This document shows positions 8,267 to 14,505 of a DNA stretch of 23,062 bases, piece after piece; position 1 is the first letter of the stretch, and the number at the start of each line of letters is the position of its first letter. Origin of the DNA: a phage; assembly GCA_011967385.1 (NCBI GenBank), contig GCA_011967385.1_4516.2. The stretch is one strand, 5' to 3'. The translations under genes and the position numbers were made by a program. A model generated the notes under the pieces. That model saw nothing but the letters and a program-made list of their open reading frames with translations. It was not told the origin of the DNA and made no database searches.

Positions 8267-8797
8267 TTATTTCAAAGTCGGGATAATAGAATCAAGATAA
8301 GCTTTAAGAGCAACTGCTTCATCTTTGTCTAATGTAACGATATGTTGACGAAGGTCATCAATTTGGCGAATAACTACGACATCGCCGTCTTCATAAGAAG
8401 GATTAACGCTCAGGACCGTTGTAGAGTCAGGGTTGACCAGATTTGTAATAAAAGCATTACGGCATTTAGACCATTGAAGCTTGGCCTTTTTGACTGGTTC
8501 AGATTCCATGAATTCTTTCACCTTAGTGACGAATGTTTTCCAATTATTAATAGAAAAACATTCGTCTTCAGTTTCGATATTAACCCCACTATAAAGTCCG
8601 TGATAAAAACGAACTTGAAGGTCTTCGTCAATGTTAATTACAGATGCATGGCCCGGTGGATTGAGTTTCAAAATCTTGTCCAGTTCCATAGGAAGAATAG
8701 TAACAGCATCATCTTCTTGTGTCAGAACGTAAGCATAACCACGTTTTTCGATACATAAATCGCCAAACAACTCGGTTGTTTCAATTACAGTTTTCAT
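8267..8797 (-). CDS. Hypothetical protein, 176 aa
   Basis: The track start at 8809 is TTG; the ATG at 8797 has SD GGTGA. First large gene of the operon ending with the NTase. Confidence 0.6.
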   Translation of the reverse strand: MKTVIETTELFGDLCIEKRGYAYVLTQEDDAVTILPMELDKILKLNPPGHASVINIDEDLQVRFYHGLYSGVNIETEDECFSINNWKTFVTKVKEFMESEPVKKAKLQWSKCRNAFITNLVNPDSTTVLSVNPSYEDGDVVVIRQIDDLRQHIVTLDKDEAVALKAYLDSIIPTLK

Positions 8798-8914
8798 ATT
8801 ATTCACCAATTAAAGTTTCAACAAAATTCACAAAATCATTCTGACAAGCATCAACCTGATTTCTATAAAATTAAATAAGGTCCATCAATTTATTAGCTTG
8901 TTCACGGGTCATTT

Positions 8915-9019
8915 TACCATACTCGCTTCAATAAGATTCATTACACCATTTACCATGTTATACGTAAACATCGGATAATTGTATTGTACTACAACATAAG
9001 CGATAAGCAAAAGTTTCAT
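8915..9019 (-). CDS. Possible small hydrophobic peptide (34 aa)
   Basis: Not in the ORF track (too short). ATG at 9019 preceded by GGAGAA, just downstream of promoter 9048-9077. MKLLLIAYVVVQYNYPMFTYNMVNGVMNLIEASMVK. Confidence 0.3.
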
Positions 9020-9047
9020 TTTGTTCTCCGTTTGTTTTGGTAGGACT

Positions 9048-9077
9048 ACTATAACATAGTCCTACCAAGGTGTAAAC
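9048..9077 (-). promoter_or_regulatory. Sigma70-type early promoter (GTTTAC-N18-TATAGT) with palindrome
   Basis: A 10-bp perfect inverted repeat GGTAGGACTA/TAGTCCTACC (9039-9066) is centred on the -10 hexamer. Confidence 0.5.
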
Positions 9078-9286
9078 TACCGATTGTGTTTTAAATGTTG
9101 ATAAAGTTCTTCAACTTGTTTAGGGTCCAAAACAATTAGGTCATTTTCTTGACGAAGATAAATCCATCCCTTATCCCCAGGGCCATTTTTACAAAACATC
9201 ACCGTCGTCATATCATCATCTTCAGCGCTTTCAGGTAAAAGTTCAAGTACGCCGTCTTCAGATTTTCCAGTATAATCGTAAAGCAT
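9077..9286 (-). CDS. Small acidic hypothetical protein (69 aa from the ATG at 9286)
   Basis: The ATG at 9313 has no SD and overlaps the upstream gene; the ATG at 9286 has SD GAGGA and sits 7 nt after the upstream stop. Confidence 0.5.
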   Translation of the reverse strand: MLYDYTGKSEDGVLELLPESAEDDDMTTVMFCKNGPGDKGWIYLRQENDLIVLDPKQVEELYQHLKHNR

Positions 9287-9293
9287 AATGTCC

Positions 9294-9473
9294 TCACATA
9301 ATCTCGTTAACATACATTTGCAATTCAGTGTGCGTATCAGCCATCTTTTTCATTGCCTTATTGATATCGATATCACCGTCTTCACACCCATGGGCATTTT
9401 CCCAATCAGATATAGCATTAGCATACTCTTCAATCAAAAACATTAACTTAGAAATTTTTTCTTTACGTGACAT
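9294..9473 (-). CDS. Small hypothetical protein (59 aa)
   Basis: The track start at 9512 is TTG; the ATG at 9473 has SD AGAGGAGAA; promoter at 9501-9529. Confidence 0.5.
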   Translation of the reverse strand: MSRKEKISKLMFLIEEYANAISDWENAHGCEDGDIDINKAMKKMADTHTELQMYVNEIM

Positions 9474-9500
9474 AACGTTCTCCTCTAGTAAGTAAGGTCT

Positions 9501-9529
9501 ACTATAACACAACCTGAGGAGAAGTAAAC
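9501..9529 (-). promoter_or_regulatory. Sigma70-type early promoter (GTTTAC-N17-TATAGT)
   Basis: Upstream of the ATG at 9473. The -35 is followed by TTCTCCTC, as at 13777-13805 and 17613-17641. Confidence 0.5.
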
Positions 9530-9540
9530 TGATAGATACA

Positions 9541-9570
9541 AAAAAGCCCCAACCTTTCGGAAGGGGCTTT
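9541..9570 (-). terminator. Intrinsic terminator (minus strand), hairpin plus U-tract
   Basis: Minus RNA AAAGCCCC-UUCCGAAAGGUU-GGGGCUUUUUUGU, immediately 3' of the gene ending at 9573. The inner loop can form CC-GAAA-GG. Confidence 0.7.
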
Positions 9571-9572
9571 GA

Positions 9573-10130
9573 TTAGTTTTTGTAATATCGTAAAGGGTTG
9601 ATATGGAATGAAAGCATTGCGCGTGGAATAGGACGACTCAAAAGACTCTTAAGTTTCCAACCACAGTAAACGCGCAGATAAAATGTAATACCGCCTACCT
9701 TAAGATAAGGTATAGCAGCGAATAATCCCCACGCAGACTCATTCCAAACTAAAAGGTATCCATGATGTGCTGGGTCAGGAGAACCAGATTTAGTTTCGGT
9801 GTTGCCTTTATAATGCCATTCTGATGAAGCTTCACGCCCTAAAACATGATACGAAAAATTATATGCTTTGTTTCGCCATAGCCAAGCTACGCGTTGAGCA
9901 TATTTACCTACAACAGGAATTTTACGTATTTTAGACCAACGTTCAACATGACCACGGTCTCCATCGATAGGATTATCGTAAGTCATCATCCAGTCAAAGC
10001 CATAAGGTAGTTTACCGGTTTTTTCGCTATGGAATGGAACTACAAATGGTGCTAGAATAATTGCCAAAATCGCTGCGATCCAATCTATAGGAACAAGAAC
10101 AACCCAACTTACATATTTTAAAAATTTCAT
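9573..10130 (-). CDS. Membrane-anchored hypothetical protein, 185 aa (rI.-1 position)
   Basis: N-terminal TM (VSWVVLVPIDWIAAILAIILAPFVV). ATG at 10130, SD AGAGAGGA, preceded by an exact late motif TATAAATA. Confidence 0.65.
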   Translation of the reverse strand: MKFLKYVSWVVLVPIDWIAAILAIILAPFVVPFHSEKTGKLPYGFDWMMTYDNPIDGDRGHVERWSKIRKIPVVGKYAQRVAWLWRNKAYNFSYHVLGREASSEWHYKGNTETKSGSPDPAHHGYLLVWNESAWGLFAAIPYLKVGGITFYLRVYCGWKLKSLLSRPIPRAMLSFHINPLRYYKN

Positions 10131-10154
10131 ATATCCTCTCTTAGTTTACAAGGA

Positions 10155-10162
10155 TATTTATA
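10155..10162 (-). promoter_or_regulatory. T4-type late promoter motif TATAAATA
   Basis: Exact TATAAATA on the minus strand, about 25 nt upstream of the ATG at 10130. Confidence 0.55.
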
Positions 10163-10164
10163 CA

Positions 10165-10192
10165 AAAAGCCCCAACCTTTCGGAAGGGGCTA
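10165..10192 (-). terminator. Intrinsic terminator (minus strand), second copy of the same hairpin
   Basis: Minus RNA GCCCC-UUCCGAAAGGUU-GGGGCUUUUUGUA, immediately 3' of the rI stop (10198). The hairpin core is identical to the one at 9545-9568. Confidence 0.7.
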
Positions 10193-10197
10193 GTAAA

Positions 10198-10500
10198 TTA
10201 GATAGATGTAGGCTCTAATTTTATTTTCATGAACTCGGCAAATTGTCTGGCAGTTTTTATGCCTTGTTCCTGGCATTCAAATGCATCATCACAGGGGCTA
10301 TTTTTGTAATGCTTTGCCATATACTTATAAAATTTTTCAGAATTCTCAACATTTTGAATTTCGAACAAAGTATATACGTTTTTAATCCCTGATTCCATAA
10401 AGTTATCAAAGTACGGGTCAACATATGCAGTACCAACAATAGGAGTCGTTGCTGCAAAAAACCCCAGCATCGCCACAATGGCTATCGCTCTTAAGGCCAT
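10198..10500 (-). CDS. rI: Lysis-inhibition regulator RI (membrane-anchored periplasmic antiholin)
   Basis: MALRAIAIVAMLGFFA...DPYFDNFMESGIKNVYTLFE...YKNSPCDDAFEC matches T4 RI as I recall it (signal-anchor plus a conserved Cys pair). SD AGGAGG. Confidence 0.85.
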   Translation of the reverse strand: MALRAIAIVAMLGFFAATTPIVGTAYVDPYFDNFMESGIKNVYTLFEIQNVENSEKFYKYMAKHYKNSPCDDAFECQEQGIKTARQFAEFMKIKLEPTSI

Positions 10501-10512
10501 ATAGGCCTCCTG

Positions 10513-10725
10513 TTAATTTTGGCCAGTATTTATTTTTCGCCTTTGAACGGCCTTAACATCTGCGAGGTATTTTTCCAGCTTGCGCTTGCGTGTATAATCA
10601 GCTTTAGAACCAGTTTGACGGATATCCTCGTTTAAATGAGAAATAGAATGTCCTAATTCTCTTCGGATTTCATCCAATTGGGTTACAGTAAGATTACGAA
10701 GTTGTCTTTCGTTTAATTGCTGCAT
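10513..10725 (-). CDS. Small basic protein, 70 aa (rI.1 position)
   Basis: ATG at 10725, SD AGAGG, exact late motif TATAAATA 25 nt upstream. Confidence 0.55.
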   Translation of the reverse strand: MQQLNERQLRNLTVTQLDEIRRELGHSISHLNEDIRQTGSKADYTRKRKLEKYLADVKAVQRRKINTGQN

Positions 10726-10749
10726 ATATACCTCTTGGTTAGATATTAG

Positions 10750-10757
10750 TATTTATA
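10750..10757 (-). promoter_or_regulatory. T4-type late promoter motif TATAAATA
   Basis: Exact TATAAATA on the minus strand, overlapping the tk stop, about 25 nt upstream of the rI.1-position gene. Confidence 0.5.
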
Positions 10758-11334
10758 ACAACCCTGTCAAATCATTCCAATGCTTCCGGCATAATGACAC
10801 ATATCTATCGGTATCACCAATTTCAATTTGTCCACCGTCTGTAATTGGAAGTCCATCTTCCGTGACTCTAGCTACCATAGTGGCCTTTTTACCACAATGA
10901 CAGACACCTTTAAGTTCAACAAGCTTATCGGCAATAGCCATTAATGCTTGAGAACCTTCAAATAGATTACCTTTAAAATCTGTTCGTAGTCCGTATGCCA
11001 TTACCGGCACATTGTATACGTCAACAATACGACTAAGCTGATACACCTTTTCAGTAGTTAAGAACTGAGCTTCATCAACAAATACACAGTGAATATCCTT
11101 TTGTGCTGCAGCCCATTTATAGAATTCAAAGATATCCATGTCTTTTGTAATTATATTGGCATCCTGACGAATACCAATACGAGAGACTATTTCACCTTTT
11201 GAATCACGAGTATCAATATCCGGTTTAAGAACTAATACACCCATGCCACGTTCTTTATAGTTATGTGCGGCAGTAAGTAATGAAGCAGACTTACCAGCGT
11301 TCATTGCTGCATAAGTAAAAATTAAACTCGCCAT
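10753..11334 (-). CDS. tk: Thymidine kinase
   Basis: 193 aa with P-loop AAMNAGKSASLL, a CxxC...C zinc site near the C-terminus (CHCGKK...LCRKH) and strong resemblance to T4 Tk. Confidence 0.93.
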   Translation of the reverse strand: MASLIFTYAAMNAGKSASLLTAAHNYKERGMGVLVLKPDIDTRDSKGEIVSRIGIRQDANIITKDMDIFEFYKWAAAQKDIHCVFVDEAQFLTTEKVYQLSRIVDVYNVPVMAYGLRTDFKGNLFEGSQALMAIADKLVELKGVCHCGKKATMVARVTEDGLPITDGGQIEIGDTDRYVSLCRKHWNDLTGLL

Positions 11335-11343
11335 AAGAGTCCC

Positions 11344-11526
11344 TTATAATGAATTCACATAGTCAATGAGTTCTTGTTCTTTCCTGTCAAATGATTCCAA
11401 CAACGCTTGATATTCTTCATCTGTTAAAGGAGCATATTCATCGTACGCATTGGTGGCTGCTTGCTCATCCAATAGGTCATGGATAAGTTCGAACAGTTTA
11501 GCTTTCTCTTCTTTAGTCAATTTCAT
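11344..11526 (-). CDS. Small acidic helical protein, 60 aa (tk.1 position)
   Basis: ATG at 11526 in an ATGA overlap with the upstream stop. Confidence 0.5.
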   Translation of the reverse strand: MKLTKEEKAKLFELIHDLLDEQAATNAYDEYAPLTDEEYQALLESFDRKEQELIDYVNSL

Positions 11527-11729
11527 TTAGGTTCACCTTCTTTAACGAAATCTGGGTAAGGATAAAATCCTGAGTAAAACCCTTCACCTTTGTGATTGCT
11601 ACAACCTTTGTTCGAACAGTAGCACCAATAATCAAAATCACAAGCCATTTCATCATTGCATAAAGCAAAAACTACAGGCCATTCACATCTTTCGCATTTA
11701 GCACCTGTAAGAATTTTTGTTTGACTCAT
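11523..11729 (-). CDS. Cys-rich small protein (68 aa, 8 Cys), probable metal-binding (tk.2 position)
   Basis: The track start at 11750 is TTG; the ATG at 11729 is in an ATGA overlap. CERCEW...C...C...CYC...C pattern. Confidence 0.5.
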   Translation of the reverse strand: MSQTKILTGAKCERCEWPVVFALCNDEMACDFDYWCYCSNKGCSNHKGEGFYSGFYPYPDFVKEGEPK

Positions 11730-11938
11730 AACCATTTGACCTGCATGCAATATTCTTCGACATGCTTTTTACGACCTTTCTTATCAATAAAGGTGTATTC
11801 CATAAAGCGTCCATGATAACGACGTTCAACATCGTGAGGGGTGTTAATAGGACACTTAGTCTGACGAATTTCTTCCCATTCACGAATAATAACTGCTTTA
11901 TTCTTTGGGTCATACGGGTGAGGATAATGCACATTCAT
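11726..11938 (-). CDS. Small hypothetical protein, 70 aa (tk.3 position)
   Basis: The track start at 11953 is TTG; the ATG at 11938 is in an ATGA overlap with the macro gene stop. Confidence 0.5.
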   Translation of the reverse strand: MNVHYPHPYDPKNKAVIIREWEEIRQTKCPINTPHDVERRYHGRFMEYTFIDKKGRKKHVEEYCMQVKWL

Positions 11939-12432
11939 AATAATGGTTCCCAATCAACAATCACAATTTCTAGTTTAGTGGAATATGTATCAAGAATTTC
12001 TTCGATAACGCCCCAGTTTCCACCACCGATACCTGCACCAATTCTTGGCATATAAATTACAGGCTTTGTTATCTTATTCTTTCCGAATTCATTTAATTCT
12101 ATTATACAATTCATTAAAGCAGAGTACTCAAAATTAGGTCCCGGCTCAAACTGTGTATAAAGATTAAAGCAATAAGCTTTATGGGTCTTAAAATATTTTT
12201 CATAAACTGAATAAGATCCGAGTTTAGACTCATCTCCATATACAGTTTGAAGTTTATCAGCTTCCAGAATTTTTGGATACGCCTTTGCTAATTGTCCTGC
12301 TACACCTGCGCCCATTGTATGAAAACAATTACACCCATGAGCAATATTGTTACCTTTAGAAAACAGGGCGACAATATCGCCCTTGATATAGTTTTTAATC
12401 ACTTGCTGCAAGTCCTCTAGTATAAGAGTCAA
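11935..12432 (-). CDS. Macro-domain (ADP-ribose binding/processing) protein (tk.4 position)
   Basis: KGDIVALFSKGNNIAHGCNCFHTMGAGVAGQLAKAYP and a later IGAGIGGG resemble macro-domain glycine-rich motifs. There is no ATG before residue 40, so the start is non-ATG: either TTG at 12432 (SD GGTGGA 8 nt upstream) or GTG at 12402. Confidence 0.65.
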   Translation of the reverse strand: MTLILEDLQQVIKNYIKGDIVALFSKGNNIAHGCNCFHTMGAGVAGQLAKAYPKILEADKLQTVYGDESKLGSYSVYEKYFKTHKAYCFNLYTQFEPGPNFEYSALMNCIIELNEFGKNKITKPVIYMPRIGAGIGGGNWGVIEEILDTYSTKLEIVIVDWEPLL

Positions 12433-12742
12433 CTAGACGGTCCACCATAGAATTGCATGCTGCCTTATCTTTAGGTTCCGCCACCGAGCATTCTAATATT
12501 TGCCATTTTTTATGATATCGTTTAATTAAGGTAGACGCCTTGAACCTACTAGACGCCCCATCTTTTTCTCCGTCTTTATATGCGTATAACAATTTTTGTG
12601 AAAAATCTACTTTACACTCTTGACTTTTACCACAATAATCAGACGCCGTTCTGTTTGTATACTCCGTTACATCAGTATATGTAGTATTAGCAAGAGCATT
12701 AAATGAAACCAAGCCAACTATTAAAGCCAACATTTTGGTCAT
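12395..12742 (-). CDS. Small exported Cys-containing protein, 115 aa, at the syntenic position of T4 vs
   Basis: ATG at 12742 in an ATGA overlap. N-terminal signal peptide (MTKMLALIVGLVSFNALA). The length equals T4 Vs as I recall, but I cannot confirm identity, and a signal peptide is unexpected for Vs. Confidence 0.5.
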   Translation of the reverse strand: MTKMLALIVGLVSFNALANTTYTDVTEYTNRTASDYCGKSQECKVDFSQKLLYAYKDGEKDGASSRFKASTLIKRYHKKWQILECSVAEPKDKAACNSMVDRLVDSYTRGLAASD

Positions 12743-13281
12743 TCTTTTACTTCCAGTAGTTTATTTGATTTAAGGTAATTAGCCTTTTCTAGGACTTCAG
12801 AAGCATATTTACTTCCAGCACTTGTCTTCCATCCCGCATTATATGAGGATATGGCTTTCCTTATATCCCCGTTATGTATATTTAACCAATAAGAAAATTC
12901 GATATAAGCCCATCTTGCTGAATTAGACCGCTTAGATAGCATTTTCTTAATTTGGGCATCAGTCATATTATAACCAAGCTGGTTAATTCTTGCCCTCATT
13001 GTTGGTAGATAGTTTTGGAACATTCCATACGCATGGTGACCTTTCTTATCTTTAAGATTAATACCGGCAGATGATTCTTGCCATAGTATTGCGGCCATTA
13101 TGTATCCAAGTCCTTTCTTATGCATATTTTCATGCGTTTTAAATTTTCCGTCCTTAGAAAACTGTTCCCCAAACTGATAAGCATAATTCAAGTTATCGAG
13201 TTGGACATTACTAAAAGTATGCTCGGAGCTATGTGCTGATAATGAAAGAGCAAATAGACCAGCGAGTAGTGCTTTTCTCAT
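12739..13281 (-). CDS. Lytic transglycosylase-like exported protein (vs.1 position)
   Basis: Signal peptide (MRKALLAGLFALSLSAHS), SLT-like catalytic region ILWQESSAG and AYGMFQ. SD AGAGG. Confidence 0.7.
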   Translation of the reverse strand: MRKALLAGLFALSLSAHSSEHTFSNVQLDNLNYAYQFGEQFSKDGKFKTHENMHKKGLGYIMAAILWQESSAGINLKDKKGHHAYGMFQNYLPTMRARINQLGYNMTDAQIKKMLSKRSNSARWAYIEFSYWLNIHNGDIRKAISSYNAGWKTSAGSKYASEVLEKANYLKSNKLLEVKE

Positions 13282-13289
13282 GTTTACCT

Positions 13290-13748
13290 CTAGATTTTAA
13301 TCACTGCTTTAGAAGCTTTTCCTGGTAGTCGTTTACTGTTAATAATAGCCATTCTACATTGAAGAGTCTTCATTTTGAATGCCGGATTTTCGCGACAAAC
13401 TGTAAGGCCTAGCCAAAGATTTCCATCAGTTATTTCTAAACGGCCTGGGCGGTATTCGACACCTTCGACAAAATCTTCATCAACATCTGGACGTGCCGGC
13501 ATTGATAAAAATTCTGCAACTTCTTTAACGTGATTTTTTACTTTACGAAATAATTCAAAAACGTAATTCTCATCTATTTCTCTCTGGATGGCACGATCTA
13601 AGAGATGTTGAGAATACTTGATATGAAAGCCTGGTAGTCCAAGAGACTTTGCAGCATCTTTTATACCGGCATTTATTTTGCGGAACTCCGTTTCAAAGAT
13701 TCGACGGAGTTTATTACGGCGGATAAAAACTTCCGAATTGATAGTCAT
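13290..13748 (-). CDS. regB: RegB sequence-specific endoribonuclease (cleaves GGAG in early mRNA)
   Basis: MTINSEVFIRRNKLRR...HIKYSQHLLDRAIQREIDE...RPGRLEITDGNLWLG...LQCRMAIINSKRLPGKASKAVIK closely matches T4 RegB as I recall it. Its own SD is AGAGGAGAA (contains GGAG). Confidence 0.9.
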   Translation of the reverse strand: MTINSEVFIRRNKLRRIFETEFRKINAGIKDAAKSLGLPGFHIKYSQHLLDRAIQREIDENYVFELFRKVKNHVKEVAEFLSMPARPDVDEDFVEGVEYRPGRLEITDGNLWLGLTVCRENPAFKMKTLQCRMAIINSKRLPGKASKAVIKI

Positions 13749-13776
13749 TTTGATTTCTCCTCTAGTTGACAGGTCT

Positions 13777-13805
13777 ATAGTAACACAACTAGAGGAGAAG
13801 TAAAC
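13777..13805 (-). promoter_or_regulatory. Sigma70-type early promoter (GTTTAC-N17-TACTAT)
   Basis: Upstream of regB. Confidence 0.5.
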
Positions 13806-13809
13806 TACT

Positions 13810-14025
13810 TTATTGATAAAATGGAGTTAAAGCCCAAGATTCTTTAGATACCATATCGGCGAAATGCCTCATCTCTTCGATTTGGCGACGACGCTGGTCA
13901 GCATAGTCTTCTTCGCCTTCTTCTTTACAATCTTCAAGGTCTTCTTCAAGATACTTTAAGTATTCACTACAAATTTTGTTGACCTTTTCCTGGAAGTCCA
14001 ATAACCCAGTAATAGTAGAAGCCAT
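13810..14025 (-). CDS. Small acidic hypothetical protein, 71 aa (vs.3 position)
   Basis: ATG at 14025 in a TAATG overlap with the upstream stop. Confidence 0.5.
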   Translation of the reverse strand: MASTITGLLDFQEKVNKICSEYLKYLEEDLEDCKEEGEEDYADQRRRQIEEMRHFADMVSKESWALTPFYQ

Positions 14026-14291
14026 TAGTATTTTTCCTCAGGTCGAAATACTGCACGACAGGCCCACATGCTGGCTTCTTTTAGATGTTGTTTAGCATAC
14101 TTAAGAGCCTGTACTGCATCCATATCTTCTTTGGTTTGTTGTTCTGTTTCATTTTCTTTCAAGATATATGCTTCTTCAATCAGAGCATCAAACATCAATC
14201 CAAGACGGACTTCTGCATCTTTAATAGCGTTCACTTTACCGATTTTATCGTCGGTATGCGGCTTGTAGCCTTTGATGTCTTCAATCGACAT
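14025..14291 (-). CDS. Small protein, 88 aa, at the vs.4 position (candidate Acb2-like anti-CBASS sponge; unverified)
   Basis: The track start at 14459 is TTG and would fully overlap the next gene. The ATG at 14291 has SD GAGGA and lies 7 nt after the upstream stop. The Acb2 call is by synteny only (fourth ORF past vs, as in T4). Confidence 0.45.
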   Translation of the reverse strand: MSIEDIKGYKPHTDDKIGKVNAIKDAEVRLGLMFDALIEEAYILKENETEQQTKEDMDAVQALKYAKQHLKEASMWACRAVFRPEEKY

Positions 14292-14505
14292 AAGGAATTT
14301 CCTCATCGGTGGCAAGGTCATATTCGACCAATTGGATAGGCTCATTAATACCATATCCGCGTACAGTGATATCAGTTGTCGGATAGTTTCCAGTAATATC
14401 ACCCATTCTAAATGCTTCAGTGAATGATTGCTCGCCTGAGCAACTAAACCAGGCGGCAAAACATTTTAAAACATCTTCAGACCCTTCTATAATCAATTTA
14501 GCCAT
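14281..14505 (-). CDS. Small acidic hypothetical protein, 74 aa (vs.5 position)
   Basis: ATG at 14505 in a TAATG overlap with the GrcA-like gene stop. Confidence 0.5.
   Translation of the reverse strand: MAKLIIEGSEDVLKCFAAWFSCSGEQSFTEAFRMGDITGNYPTTDITVRGYGINEPIQLVEYDLATDEEIPYVD

Noticed and set aside
8267-9512. Homing endonuclease (mobD-like) expected from T4 synteny between the nrdC.x block and rI
   Set aside because: None of the ORFs here (176, 69, 59 aa) shows GIY-YIG or HNH motifs, so no mobile element is called. The mob genes appear to be absent in this phage.
12395-12742. Confident assignment of this ORF as vs (valyl-tRNA synthetase modifier)
   Set aside because: Position and length fit T4 vs, but the protein has a clear signal peptide and I cannot recall the T4 Vs sequence well enough to confirm. 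Left as a syntenic candidate only.
14025-14459. Long N-terminally extended versions of several track ORFs (498-779, 5424-6416, 6475-6750, 8267-8809, 9294-9512, 14025-14459, 17172-17597, 17644-17940, 17922-18422)
   Set aside because: The first codon of each is TTG or GTG and the extension overlaps an upstream gene or promoter. An internal ATG with a good SD and tight stop-start coupling is present, and for nrdC, denV and e the trimmed products match the known T4 N-termini.
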